A program made the position numbers and the translations under genes. A DNA stretch of 64,000 bases. Source: the human T2T-CHM13v2.0 reference genome, Homo sapiens. The stretch lies in NCBI RefSeq assembly GCF_009914755.1, contig NC_060928.1, one strand, 5' to 3'. The notes under the pieces were generated by a model, which saw only the letters and a list, made by a program, of their open reading frames with translations, did no database searches and was not told the DNA's origin. How positions within the stretch are numbered: the first letter of the stretch is position 1; each line of letters opens with the position of its first letter. This document shows, in pieces, positions 14,990 to 28,072 of the stretch.

Positions 14990-15480
14990 TCAAATCTAGC
15001 GATAGATTAAAAGAATTAAGTATAAAATCAAATGTAGTATATTAAAGGGATAACACATTCATGTAGCTTAGAAAGTCAGATTGTGTGGTCGTATCATATC
15101 GACAGGTCAAAATAAAAATATCACATTGTCAACTTGATAATAATTTGTTAAATTACAATATCTGTTAAGATAAAAAAATTGATTACTTTGTGCACAGAAA
15201 ACTTTCTAAATACATTAAAGGATATCTATTTTAATTCAAATACTAACATCGAGTCTATCAAGAAAAAATTAGAATTTTCAAAAGTCATGGATGAGCTAAC
15301 TTTACTATATATGTTATTATGTAACATTGTTTTGGAAATTATTTTATATATTTTTAATAAAGAAATAAGACATACATTTTGAAAAAAGATAAATGCACCA
15401 TTTTCAGTTGATATAATCATTTAATTGAAATACTTAAGACTATAAGAAACTGAAATCTATTTATTGATTCTAGTATCGTG
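14990..15480 (+). mobile_element. Highly decayed L1 ORF2 fragments
   Basis: A-rich, with TATGTAACATTGTTTTGGAAATT and CATTTTCAGTTGATATAATC resembling the L1 RT region. Confidence 0.45.
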
Positions 15481-15689
15481 ACTAGAAAAAGATAGTCTAT
15501 TAGTTGCTATCACTCCTTTGGAAAATAATATCAGAAGACAAAAAATGAAATTTTTCTATCCTATATCATTTAACAAAATAAATTTGAGAAAGATTTATTG
15601 TTTTGATAAAGATACAAAAAGAAAAGAAAATATAATATAATTATATATTTGAGGGTGGTTGTTAAGAGTAGACATTTTGCAATTCAATT

Positions 15690-15830
15690 TCCTTGGCTTG
15701 TTTACTGGGATCCATGGAATAAGTCATTTAATTCTTTGAAACCTCATTACTCGTCAATACAATTGGTAATATTAAATTGTACCTCGTACATAGAGTTATC
15801 TGAGTAAATTCTGGCTAATACTAAATAATA
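15690..15830 (+). mobile_element. MIR fragment
   Basis: AAGTCATTTAATTCTTTGAAACCTCATTACTCGTCAATACAATTGG resembles the MIR core. Confidence 0.5.
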
Positions 15831-17354
15831 GAAACAATTAGCTGAAACATTTAAAACCCATCTCATTATTGTTATATTTGTATAAGCCTTTTTTCATTTT
15901 TTTCTTTAGACAAGCCATCAGAATTATCCCAATCCTTTTACAATTAACATGGATTCACTGAACCTATACACACATTCACAAAAACCACTGATTTTCATGG
16001 CTATGAGATCTCTGCTAATGGATGCTATTTTTTTTTTATTCCACAGAAAACATAGAGGGCGCAGTAGGAGCACTACATATGCTTATCACATAAATTAAGA
16101 ATGTAGAATAAAGAAATAGTATTATACTATTAAACATTGTTCTGATATCATCAAGAATTTAGAAGTTTTAGTTCTACAGTTTTCAAATATTTAGGTATAG
16201 GTAGTTGGAAAAAAAAATAGGTTTCTCTAAGCAGTTTTAGGCTCAAGGTAATGCAGCTTTTACAGTTAGCTTATTTACCTGACTTCAAGCGAAGATATAA
16301 GTTCAAACAAATGCTTTGCACCTGCACAGAAGAAAAGGCCAAAAACAAAACCTAAATATCATGGCAAAAGGGACAAGGGCTGTGTAGGGCAATCCTAACT
16401 CCTGGGCTCTCCATGTGCTACAGAATAGATTAAATGCTTCAAAAGAAAGAATATGTTTTGGCAGCAGTGCTAGATCTATATCCCCACGGCAAAATTGAAG
16501 ACATAGTTGCATTCAATACAGACATAGATCTTCAGAAAGATATTTTCATAAGCAAGCTTTGCAGGCATTCAGCTGTGCGTGCCAAGAATATCTCATGAAA
16601 CAGAGTGCAGGTCTGGAATGAACACACTGGAGTATAGAGGAGACTGTTGAAACAGTAACTGCTTCAGTGACACCCAAAGCAGCAGGAGATGACAACAATG
16701 GTAGTATCAGCAGCAAAAAGGGCTATTTTTTCCATTTATAAATGCAATTGAACATATGGCTAGCTTAATTAGGACTTTTCTCATTAACTCAGAATAGGCA
16801 GTCTCTATTGAAGCACCCTCGATAGAAAATCTGCATGAATAACGATCTATAGGTTTGCAAAAAGCCCATTTAATAAGTTGGAAACCAAGAAGTCAGCTAT
16901 GAGCATCTGTGCAACATTTGCTTATTTTTACCATATTTAGTCGCTTTCTGCTGTGTACCAAAAGAACTTGAATCAAAACTCCCATTGATAAGAATGGTTC
17001 ATTTAATGCCACCTTAGTAGAATCTGCCTGTAGTTAGAAGTTAAAGCACCATTAAAACACAAGAAAATATTAACAGAGCTCTATGCAAAGAAAGTATACA
17101 TTTGTATCTTGTCATTATGTTAATGTTGCATGTGAAACGTGAAAAATAAATTTGGAATTTTTCAAGGAGAAAAATTAATGCTGCCAGAGAGTGTTCCCTT
17201 TCTCTCTTCACAGATAAATAAAATGAGTGAGTATGCGATTAGCATTTGAACTTCTTATGGTACAGATGCATGTTATAATGTCAGGATAATTCTTAGGACT
17301 AGGCCATTCCATTGTGTCTCTCTGTGCATCTAACATTTAGAATTTGGAATCAGG

Positions 17355-17549
17355 CAATGTTCATCATACATATGTTGATTGATGTTTCATGTCTCCCTAA
17401 AATGTATAAAACCAAGCTGTGCTCTGTCCGCTTTGGGCTCATGTCATCAGAACCTCCTGAGGCTGTATCAAAGGCACGTGTCCTCAACCTTGGCAAAATA
17501 AACTTACTAAATTAACTGAGACCTGTCTCTCAGATCTTTAGGATTCACA
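17355..17549 (+). mobile_element. MER4-family LTR 3' fragment
   Basis: TGATTGATGTTTCATGTCTCCCTAAAATGTATAAAACCAAGCTG...CCTTGGCAAAATAAAC...TTCACA. Confidence 0.85.
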
Positions 17550-18080
17550 GGAATCCTGATTTTAATCATGTTATAAAAGAAAATGAAAATGTAAGTCGGC
17601 TCAATTCTTTAGTTGCAAAATTTGTACTTTGATTTCCAAAATCAAACATTTTAAGAGAAGGAAAAAGTAAATTTGGCATGTCAAGAAGATCTATGAAAAT
17701 ATAAGGATACTCCTGCAAATGAATTTCCATCTGTTTGGCTGTGGTCTGCTTCCAATCCACCTGTATCTCCTTTTGATTCTAGTCAGATATAATTGTTCTC
17801 AGGGAGAAAGCCTTGTTTTCTTTCTACTGAGTCTTTTTCTTTTCTTTTTTTGAGGGAATGAACTCCAGACAAAGGGAAATTCTAAGTCACACATGAGACT
17901 GCTAAACTGAGTCACACATAAGACTGCTAAACTGACGAGCAGTTAAGAACTCAGGTTAAAACAAATTTCAAGAACAGAGATTCTGAGTTTAGATAGCAGG
18001 GAAAAAAAGAGAGATTGAGTAGATGATGATATCCCAAGCTAGGCAGAGAGCTGTTCAGATTCAGGACAAAAAGCGGCAGC

Positions 18081-18378
18081 ACACGGGCGCGGTGGCTCAC
18101 GCCTGTAATCACAGCACTTTCGGAGGCCGAGGCGGGCGGATCACGAGCTCAGGAGATCAAGACCATCCTGGAGAACACGGTGAAACCCCGTCTCTACTAA
18201 AAACACACACAGAAAAATTAGCCGGGCTTGGTGGGGGGCGCCTGTAGTCCCACGTACTCGGGAGGCTGAGGCAGGAGAATGGCATGAACCCGGGGGGCGG
18301 AGCTTGCCGGGAGCCTAGATCGCGCCACTGCACTTCAGCCTGGGAGACAGCGAGACTCCGTCTCAAAAAAAAAAAAAA
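18081..18378 (+). mobile_element. AluY
   Basis: CpG-rich dimeric Alu with AACACGGTGAAACCCCG and GGAGCTTGC; A tail. Confidence 0.95.
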
Positions 18379-18884
18379 GGGCGGGGGGGGGGGCTGCAAC
18401 ACAGAGTTTATGGCTCAAAGAAAAAAAAAAGTACTATGAGGATGAAGATCATTAACAAGGAGGAGAAGACCTCAAGTTTCAGATACCCAGATGTTACTAG
18501 AATGGTCTTCCCTTCATTGTTATTTATTTTTCATCAGCCTATAAAACTTGTGAATATTTTCTTTTTGAATGTTTAATATAATCTATGCTTTTTTTTTTAA
18601 CCTTCAGAAATTATCCTCTTCTACTACACCCTGATGTCCTGCTGTCTTTTCTCTACGAGCAATCCAATTGTTCTATGAACTATGGCAAAATTTTTACCTT
18701 ACTTAACTATAGCTTCGATTAGTGAATAAGAAACATCCACAATTCATTTTTTCCACCTCCCAAAATAGTAATTTCACTTCCCATTTGTTTTGTTTTGTTT
18801 TGTTTTTTCTCTTTTTCTTTGTAGGTAGATTCTGGTTAATATATCATACCCTTGGGGTTTTGCTGAAAAGGTTTTTTTTACTTG

Positions 18885-19032
18885 TTTATTTTTATTTATT
18901 TTTCTGGGCAAATAGTAGGTGTATGTATTTATGGGGTACATGAGATATTTTGATACAGGCATAAAATGCATAATAATCACATTAGGATAAATGGGGTATT
19001 CATCAGCTTAACCATTTATCCTTTCTTTGTGA
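18885..19032 (-). mobile_element. L1MA-type 3' end fragment
   Basis: ATAGTAGGTGTATGTATTTATGGGGTACATGAGATATTTTGATACAGGCAT. Confidence 0.8.
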
Positions 19033-20345
19033 TATTTTATATGTATATATATTCTTTCCTTTCTGATTTGTTACTAGACTTAGAGGGATAATGACAATGA
19101 TTCCTAATTCCCTTGAGCCCTATCCCAGCATATTTGTTAAACATTGATAACATATTGACCAGTAAACTATTCCCCTGCAGCCTCACTTCTGATATTCTTA
19201 ATCTCTGAATTCTGATACCTCTTAAAAATATGTAATGATATTGGTCATGTTTCTTTTTATTCAACTTGGTTCTTTTGATTATTTTTGTCATTATCACTAG
19301 AAACAATTTCCATCCAAGAATAACTGTGATATATTGGGTTGTGACATTTTAGCTTAACAGTACCAGACAGTATTTTCAAAGCTAAAATCTATAGACTTGA
19401 TGCCAGAAAGAATTAACAATATAGCTCAATATTATCCTTTATAGGAAGAAAGCCAAAAAGTTGTGTGGCTTGCCAAAACTCTGCAACCTTGTTTTGTGTG
19501 CACTGACTTTCAGTGTTATTTGTTTTATTTTGCAAGGAAAAATAATCACAAACTCACTATTTATGTAAACATATTGTCCCTTGAAAATAAGATGGAGAAT
19601 TAAGAGAAAAAAAGAGATCCTAGAATGGAGTCTTGTACTGTATATCATCTTTTATATTACTTAAATACAGTTTTCCAAATATTGTAATTTCTGCAAGAGG
19701 TTTAGAAAAAATTGGGCACACAAATGAATCCACTATGTCAAGATACATCATTAAAGATGAAACCATTATTTTCTCCAACCAGCTTATACGGCTTGTCAGA
19801 GCTCTTTGTCCACATTTCTTCTAAAGTCCATGTTCAGTAACAACATTTGATATATTGGAATTGGCTATTGTGGGAGAATTGCTACTCCAAAGAATTAGCA
19901 AATGCTATATTATGTCTTTTAAAATTTATTTGTTTTTTCCTGCAGAGCTACTTTACTCTGTCACAGATGTTTACAAAAAAATATATAAACGTAGAATCAT
20001 GGGATATTATTAAATCTCATGTGTAAAACCTTGTATTCAAAATGTTCTTCTTACATATCTTAAGAAAGTGTATGAATTAATAGAAATATCAAATCATAAG
20101 TGTGGATATCAATTAGTGCTGGACACTTCTTATTCTAGCAATTTCTACCAAGATTATTGCTGAATAATAAATATAATAAAAAATTAGATGGACTAGTCCC
20201 CTGTAGCAGTTTTGTTCTCTACTTAAATAAATAATATAACCAAAACAAGATTTGAAAAAGTTTTATTCTTTCACATTTTTATTCTTTTAAAATATTTCAG
20301 TTTGATTTGGAAGATAATATCATTTCCAGTGATCATTTATTGCCG

Positions 20346-20977
20346 TGATACAGGAGTTAAGAAACTACTTAGGCAGATAGTAAGGGTACAGGATCCCTTG
20401 GTAAGGTTTCCTTTTAATGAAAAGCACCCCCCCAAATAATTTCCTTTGCTAACAAACAGCAGATGGTAAAATCGAACTGCAGACATGACAATTAAGTTAG
20501 AAGCTTGCACAGGCAAATGCCAACAGTTGTGCCTATAGGCTACTTGTGACTAGGCATGATCAAAATGGCAGCTCCGTCTTCCATTCTCTTTGCCAGCCAC
20601 ATGTACAGTAAGGAGCAGACGAGATGGCACTAGCCAAGTAGAAAGCCCATTTGCATAATAAGATTAGGGTGGGGCGACCAGCCTTCCCTGCTCGCTATGT
20701 AAATGTCATACCTGGTGGAACCAAGCTGTGGGCTCTATGTAAATCACACACCACCTCCTCAAGCCTGCCTATAAAACCTGCTGTGGTCCTTTGCAGGCCG
20801 ACTGTTTTCTTTTTGGATGCCTCTCTCTCACAAGAGAGAGAGCTGCTCTACTCTATCCTTTATTCTGCCTATTAAGCTTTCCACTCCTTAACGCACCCAC
20901 ATGTGTCCCTTTTGTTACTCTTCTCTATGCCAGACGACGAATCCCAGGTATTTACCCCAGACAACGATGTTGCTTCA
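20346..20977 (+). mobile_element. ERV1 solo LTR, LTR9 family
   Basis: TGATACAGGAGTTAAGAA...TTAGGCAGATAGTAAGGG...CCCCAGACAACGATGTTGCTTCA; TSD GCCG/GCAG. Confidence 0.85.
20649..20663 (-). promoter_or_regulatory. Octamer (POU/OCT4) motif within LTR9
   Basis: Perfect ATGCAAAT on the minus strand, in context TCTTATTATGCAAAT; function not shown. Confidence 0.45.
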
Positions 20978-22276
20978 GCAGTACATTTTTAAAAATCTTG
21001 AGCAGCATATTATATGCTTTTTTTTTTTAAGATGATTCTCGGGTACATAAGAACTCTTTAGTTACAACTTGTAAGTACCACTTAGCATCCTAACTCAATG
21101 TTTTAATAAATGCCTTGTTAAAAAGTCTAATAGTTTCATATTCTTTCATCTGTGGCATGTATATGAATTTATAATTATATATTTACAAAATTATTAGTCC
21201 ACATTTTTCTCTCAAAGGGTGGGGCTGATTCTGTTTTGCTTATTATTGTATTTCAGGAACTGACCTATGCCTAACAAAAAATATTTTTTATATGAGTAAA
21301 TGAACAAAAGAAAAAGTAAAGTAACTTTGTAATAGCTTTTGAAAATTTTCTCGAGTAATTTTCCCCCAGTTGAATACCTTGATGATCCCCAAGTTGACCT
21401 CTGCTTTGTAGTCTTTATATCTTTAATCATGTTATTTCCTCTATTTGGAATGGGTACCCTATACCTAGATTACCTCGTGAATGGCATTCATTTTTTAATG
21501 TTAGTTATTTAACTCTTCCTTGATGAAGCAAATCAAAGCAAAATTCACCCCTCTATCATTTGTTTTGTTAGATCTCATTGCAAAAACTTAAGAATAATAA
21601 ATAAAGCCTAAATTTTGGTAAGAAAGTGTTCAATGACACAAAAAATGGAATTATTTATAGTGATTGAGGGATTTAGTTTTTTTACTTGTGTCTTTGCCTA
21701 TTTTAATTAACAGCTTAAAAACCGGATTTAGTTACCATGTCTTTCTATTTTCTAGCCTGTTTTTCTAGTGTTTTAGCTGTTTTAATTATTGCTGATCATT
21801 GATCTGAAGCAAAGAAGCAATTTTCTTGGAAAAGTACTAATTACCAGCTAAGTGCTTGGTATTTAGGGCATAGAAAGCAAAGAAGAGCAAGACTTAAGAT
21901 TCTAATAAAGAGTGCTTAAATTTGTATGCATTTCCACTTTCAATGTCCAAATACCAGGTTTTTTTTCATGAGACTCTGTATTTACTTTAAATATTCTATT
22001 AAAAAAAAGAGTATTACAGTATATTACTACCGAGACATATTTTTAGATGTTAGAACTACACAGAATACGTGGAACATTTAATTTTCACTCTATTATTGAT
22101 TAATATAGGCATCACTATTTAGAAGTAAAAATGTAAAAGACCTTAAATTATTTTAGTCTAATATTATTGAATACTTGCAAACTTTATTACTTTATTGTAA
22201 GCAATATAAATAAAACCACACAATCTAGAAAAAGACTAGTTTTCGTTGAATTCTCATTCAGAATATATGAAAGGAG

Positions 22277-22763
22277 TGTCATGTGTGTCCGTATAGAAGA
22301 CCACCTAAACAGGTTTAGTGTGAGCAACAAGGCTGTTTATTCACTTGGGTGCAAGTTGGCTGAGTCTGAAAAGAGAGTCAGCGAAGGGAGATAGCGAGGG
22401 GCAGTTTTATAGGGCTTGGGTAGGCAGTGGAAAGTTACAGTTAAAGGTGGTTATCTATTGTTAGCAGGGGAGGGGGTCACAAGGTGCATGGTGGAGCGAT
22501 GATGGGAGTCATTGTCCAGGAGAAGAATGTCACAGGGTCGATTGATCAGTTGGGGCAGGGCAGGAACAAGTCATAATGGTAGAATGCCCTAAGGTGGGTT
22601 AATTAGTTAAAGCAGGAACTGGCTGTTTCATTTCTTTGTGGTTTTTCGATGGCTCCAGACTTCTTGGCTCCTGCAGTCCATCTTGGCTCCTGCAGGCCAA
22701 CTGGACGTATATATGCAGGTCACAGGGGTTACAATGGCTGAGCTTCGGCTCAGAGGTCTGACA
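22277..22763 (-). mobile_element. HERV-H-family solo LTR (LTR7C-like)
   Basis: Minus strand starts TGTCAGACCTCTGAGCCGAAGCTCAGCC; contains GCTGACTCTCTTTTCAGACTCAGCC; perfect TSD AGGAG. Confidence 0.9.
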
Positions 22764-22992
22764 AGGAGATAATATGCATATGCTGGTTTTTAGATGTTTA
22801 TAAAATAAAAATATGTATATATATATTTAAAAAGCATAGGTCACTTGAGTAGTCATTTAACTGTAAACAAAATAATTTTTAAATTTACTAGTTAGTGTGT
22901 TCTATTATTATTCTTGGTATTTGCTATTATTTTAAAACTGATATTTCGATATTATGTGCTCAATTTCACCTGATTCTTTAGATAGACATTGC

Positions 22993-23517
22993 TGTCAGAG
23001 GCAGTTGAACCAGAGCAACATCATCTTGAATAGGGACTGGGAAAACAAGGCTAGATCTGCTGGGCTGCATTCCTAGACAGCTCGGCATTCTAAGTCACAG
23101 GATGAGACACGAGGTTAGTATAAGACACAGATCATAAAGACCTTGCTGACAAAACAGGCTGCAATAAAGAAGCCGGCTAAAATCCACCAAAAGGGTGGCA
23201 ACAAGAGTGACCTCTGGTCATCCTCACCACTACACTCCTGCCAGAGCCATGACAGTTTACAAATGGCATGGCAACGTCAGAAAGTTACCCTGTATGGTCT
23301 AAAAGGTGAGGTATGAAGAATCCACCCCATGTTTAGCATATCATCAAGAAATAACCATAGAAATGGGCAAGCAGCAGCCCTATGGAGTAGTCATTCTTTA
23401 TTCCCTTACTTTTTAAATAAACTTGTTTTCACTTTACGGACCTGCCCTGAATTCTTTCTTGTGTGAGATTCAAGAACCCGTTCTTGGGGTCTGGATCGGG
23501 ACCCCTTTCCAGCATCA
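22993..23517 (+). mobile_element. MER41A solo LTR
   Basis: TGTCAGAGGCAGTTGAACCAGAGCAAC...TTGGGGTCTGGATCGGGACCCCTTTCC; TSD TTGC/TTAC. Confidence 0.9.
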
Positions 23518-23559
23518 TTACTATTTTTATTTCAAACTTTATCTATAATGTCTAACTAG

Positions 23560-24099
23560 TAAGTGATCCATACGCGGATTGGTAAAAAGAGTTTACTGAC
23601 AACATTATAGGCTTGAAAAAAGGAAAGTTTTTTAGAAAGGAAGAACACTGCACGAGGGTTCGGGGAACCTCAGCCGGAGGATTAAGGTATGGTGGTGGAT
23701 TTTCCTTAAGAACATTTATGAATTTTCAGGCAGGAGGTTAGGGTTGTAAAATGAGTTTTGGCATGGCATTCCAGAGATGTATATAAATTTTAGCTACTTA
23801 TAAAAGTTGAAAGAGGCCTGGAGCCGGGCGCCGTTGCTCACGCCTGTAATCCCAGCATTTTGTGAGGCCAAGGCAGGCAGATCACCTGAAGTTGGGAGTT
23901 CGAGACCAGCCTGACCAACATGGAGAAACACCGTCACTATTAAAAATACAAAATTAGCTGGGTGTGGTGGTGCATGCCTGTAATCCCAGCTACTCAGGAG
24001 GCTGAGGCAGGGGAATCACTTAAACCCAGGAGGCAGAAGTTGCTGTGAGCCAAGATCATGCCATTGTACTCCAGCCTGGACAGCAAGAGTGAAACTCAG

Positions 24100-24132
<33 letters not shown>

Positions 24133-24319
24133 CCTGGAATCAGATGCCCACTTGAGATACTGGGGAAGTTTAATTACTTCTAAAATTTCCAGATGAGGAG
24201 TTTAGCATTTGGATGGCCTGTTTGCTGGTGTTCTTTGCTCCCTTCTAAATTTCTCAGATAAGGGGTTTTTGTGTCCGGAGTTCGTTCAATGGTCACCAGG
24301 TGATTTTCACTTTTCCTCA
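23560..24319 (-). mobile_element. ERV1 solo LTR (MER83/MER84-like), interrupted by an Alu
   Basis: Minus strand starts TGAGGAAAAGTGAAAATCACCTGGTGACCATTGAAC; repeated CCTTATCTGAGAAATTTAGAAG motif; subfamily and left end uncertain. Confidence 0.65.
23823..24130 (+). mobile_element. AluSp-like SINE
   Basis: CCTGACCAACATGGAGAAAC diagnostic; TSD AAAGAGGCCTGGA/AAAAAGGCCTGGA. Confidence 0.93.
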
Positions 24320-26129
24320 GTATTAAAGCAAATTTTTTTCTTACCTCTTTAAGAGGCATCATGTTTGTATTCTACCATATTTCTAAAGCCTAATCAGCCA
24401 AAGAACACTAGACATAAGACTTACTTTGACAGGGTCAGATTTATTTATTTGATGTAACTAAGGTAGGTACTTTGTGGAACTATAGATTGCTGCCTCACAA
24501 GAGTGGGAGAGAAGTGTCTTTCATAAGGTATATGGGCTTGTGCTGATAAAGTCCAAACAGAGTCTAAGAGAAACAGACTAGACTGAATTCTCTTTCCAAG
24601 GCAGAATTAGAAGAGGGTAATTATTAAAAATTGGGTGATGTTATGAGGTGTAGACAATTTACCTGCTGGGTTTTTCTAGCAATGTACAAAAATAGCAAAG
24701 TGGCTCTGGGACATCATTGGTATGAAAGAAGTTATCACTCAAAGAAGGAATTCCCATGGTATTTTACAACTAATGCACCATATTGGGAGAAATTTTTTTC
24801 TTTATTAATTGTGTTTTATCTGTGTCTGTTCTCTCAGGCTAATTAAAGGCAGGGCTCCTTTTTTTTCATTAGTACAGCTGATGTTCACTCTTTCAGTACT
24901 TCACAGGTTTTAAAATTATTTCATTGATAACACCCTAAGTTACTGATACTCCTACGTACATTCATGTAATCTCAAGTCATTAATTATTTTTCTTTAAACA
25001 GAACTTCTCCACATTCATGGATTTTCCCCTTACATTTGTTGTTATTGATGTAATGAAGTTCTCCATGTATGCCAAATACAAAGCTATCAGAGATTGTTTT
25101 GTGAGCATCTTCCATGCTGCGGCTTGTCTAAGATTTTTTCACTTTCTTAATAATATCTTTCAAAGATTTCTTACATTTAATGTTGTTCATTTTTACTTTT
25201 CAAGCATTTGTGACCTCTTTATGGAATATTTCCTACATCAGTCTTTTCCATGTTAGTCTTCTGAGTTATCTTCTAAAACACTTATGACTTTACCTTTTGT
25301 GTGTACATTAAAGAACATCAGCTTATTAAACAAATACATAAAGACATTAAATATTTAAATATAAAAATATGTAAGAGATCAAAATAAATATGGGAAGTTG
25401 GAAGTAACTTTATATTTTGCAAAGATAGAAATATGAAAAATAGGCAAAATGTGTTAAATATTAAGTTTAAAATATTTTAGTACAAAAATTTTAAACTCAG
25501 GTGGCATATAAATAATTTATCCCTCAACTATATGTGAGTGACAATGGGCTAATAAAGTATATAAAATGCCTTTTTTTGAAACAAGTTAAGATATGACACT
25601 AAAAGCAAATTGCAAAAATAAGTAAATAGTATTAATTCAATAAAGAAGAGACGTCTAATGAAGATTTTAAAATAAATTTTTATAATTATGAAACAGTCTA
25701 GTAAAACAACAATGAAGCAAAACTCAATATCTACATAATTTGAGAAGTAAAAAAAGTAAGCACCAAGTACATGGGGAAGTATAGAACATCCTCATACATT
25801 ATTCTGGAAGTTAGAAATTGATGGATAATTTTAAGGGAACTTGCTTATATGCATCAAATTTGAAAATATGGTGTATATTAGATTTACCATTTATTTGCAG
25901 GAATAAATTCTGAGGAACTAAGTAAGGATAAGTGCAAACATTTTCTCCTTTTATTTAAAAATAACAAAATGATTCATGCATGTTTAGATTTCTAAGAATA
26001 GGAGTTTCCTTGTAATTTTTGTAAACCATTAGAGCAACTGATTTTAATTAATAAATAATATTAGACAGAATAATTGTTAACATTACACATTTAAAATATA
26101 CCAGATATTTTTCTGTTTTATGAATATTT

Positions 26130-26320
26130 ATTATATGCCTTTAATCCTGACAACAAACCTATGCTATTAATAGCATTATACTTGTTTTACAAATGCAGAA
26201 ACAAACACTATACTTGTTTTACAAATGCTTAACAGAGGTTAAGAACCTTACCAAAGGTCATATAGCTAGTGAGAGGCATCAGCAGAGAGCTAAGCAGTTT
26301 GAATCTAGATTTCAGACGCC
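26130..26320 (-). mobile_element. MIR fragment with an internal 20-bp direct repeat
   Basis: TTTAATCCTGACAAC...AGAGGTTAAG...AAGGTCATATAGCTAGT; TATACTTGTTTTACAAATGC at 26177 and 26209. Confidence 0.7.
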
Positions 26321-27039
26321 TACCCTGCGAGTGGAATGCCCTGCTAATAGTGATGTATAGACATATATGTATGACATTATTATGTTTGTGACTTATCATG
26401 GTTTTAATTACATGTTGGAAAACAATATCTGTAAGTAAGGGATTCCTTCACTGAGTATAAGATTATAGGTTTTAATTATAGTTACTCTGAACAATTCAAC
26501 AGGCTATATTTTATAAGAATATTACTGATATAGTATACTTGGATTTTTTTTTATTTTTAACTTTTTAAATTGCTGATCACTAAGTAAACATTCTTTTTTT
26601 CTCTTTGATATCTTCTTTTTCTCTAAAATAAAAATGACATAAAACAGATTTCCTTTGAAAGTCTGAAAAATTAAGCTTATGTTTCCAATATTGTTTAAAA
26701 AGATAGATTGGGTTATTTCTTTTTTTTCTCATATAAATGAGGTCAACTGAATGCTTAAAATTACAAAAAAAAATCTTCATATTCTTGAAATAGATGTCAG
26801 TATAATCATAAATTATACATGGAAAGTAAAATTAAACATTTATTATATGCTATTGGAATTAAGGGTTACAAATACAGGATGTGTTAGAAATAGAACTGAT
26901 AAGTAAGACTGTTATATTAGTTGTTTTCTTGTAACACATCATTTTTTAAATCTAATTTTTTGTGTTTTTGTTTTCTTTAGCTTTTACTATTAGATAAGAT
27001 GGTTGTATTAGTTTTATATTGCTTCATAACAAATTACCA

Positions 27040-27346
<307 letters not shown>

Positions 27347-27778
27347 CTAAGCTGCTTAAATGAACACATATGTATTATCTCACAGTTTCTGTGGGGTCAG
27401 AAGTCGACGCATGGCTTACTTGGGTTCTCTGCTCAGTCTTGCAAATCTGCATTCAAGGCATTGGCCAGGTGGTGGTCTCATCTGGAGTTATGACTGGGGA
27501 ACTGGAAAGGAATCTGCTTCCACGTTCATTTAGGTTATTGTCTAAGTAAGGCAATGTTGTACAGCAGTTATCACCCAGGTTCTTGGCAGAATCTATTTTC
27601 TTATAACTGTAGGCTGGATTTTTTCTCTTTGTAGCTAGAGGTCACCCTCAGGTCCTAGAAGCCACCCAAAATTCCTAAAGGCCACCTGTAGTTCCTAATG
27701 GTCTCCTACAACAAAGCCACTTACACCATCAAGCCGGCAAGGAAATTCTCTAGCTTTAGTAGGTCAAGAAGCAGTCAT

Positions 27779-28072
27779 GGCTGGGTACAGTGGTTCATGC
27801 CTGTAATCCCACCACTTTGGGAGGCTGAGGCAGGTGGATCACGAGGTCAGGAGATTGAGGCTATCCTGGCTAACATGGTGAAACCCCATCTCTACTAAAA
27901 ATACAAAAAATTAGCCGGGCGTGGTGGTAGGCACCTGTAGTCCCAGCTACTCAGGAGGCTGGGGCAGGAGAATGGCATGAACCCAGGAGGCAGAGCTTGC
28001 AGTGAGCCGAGATTGTGCCACTGCATGCCACAGAGCAAGACTCCATCTCAAAAAAAAAAAAAAAAAAAAAAA
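27779..28072 (+). mobile_element. AluY with a small 3' internal deletion
   Basis: CCTGGCTAAC and GAGCTTGCAG; perfect TSD AAGAAGCAGTCAT. Confidence 0.93.

Noticed and set aside
22993-23517. MER41 as an interferon-gamma (STAT1) enhancer
   Set aside because: This copy is MER41A-type and lacks the TTCCGGGAA-containing segment typical of MER41B.
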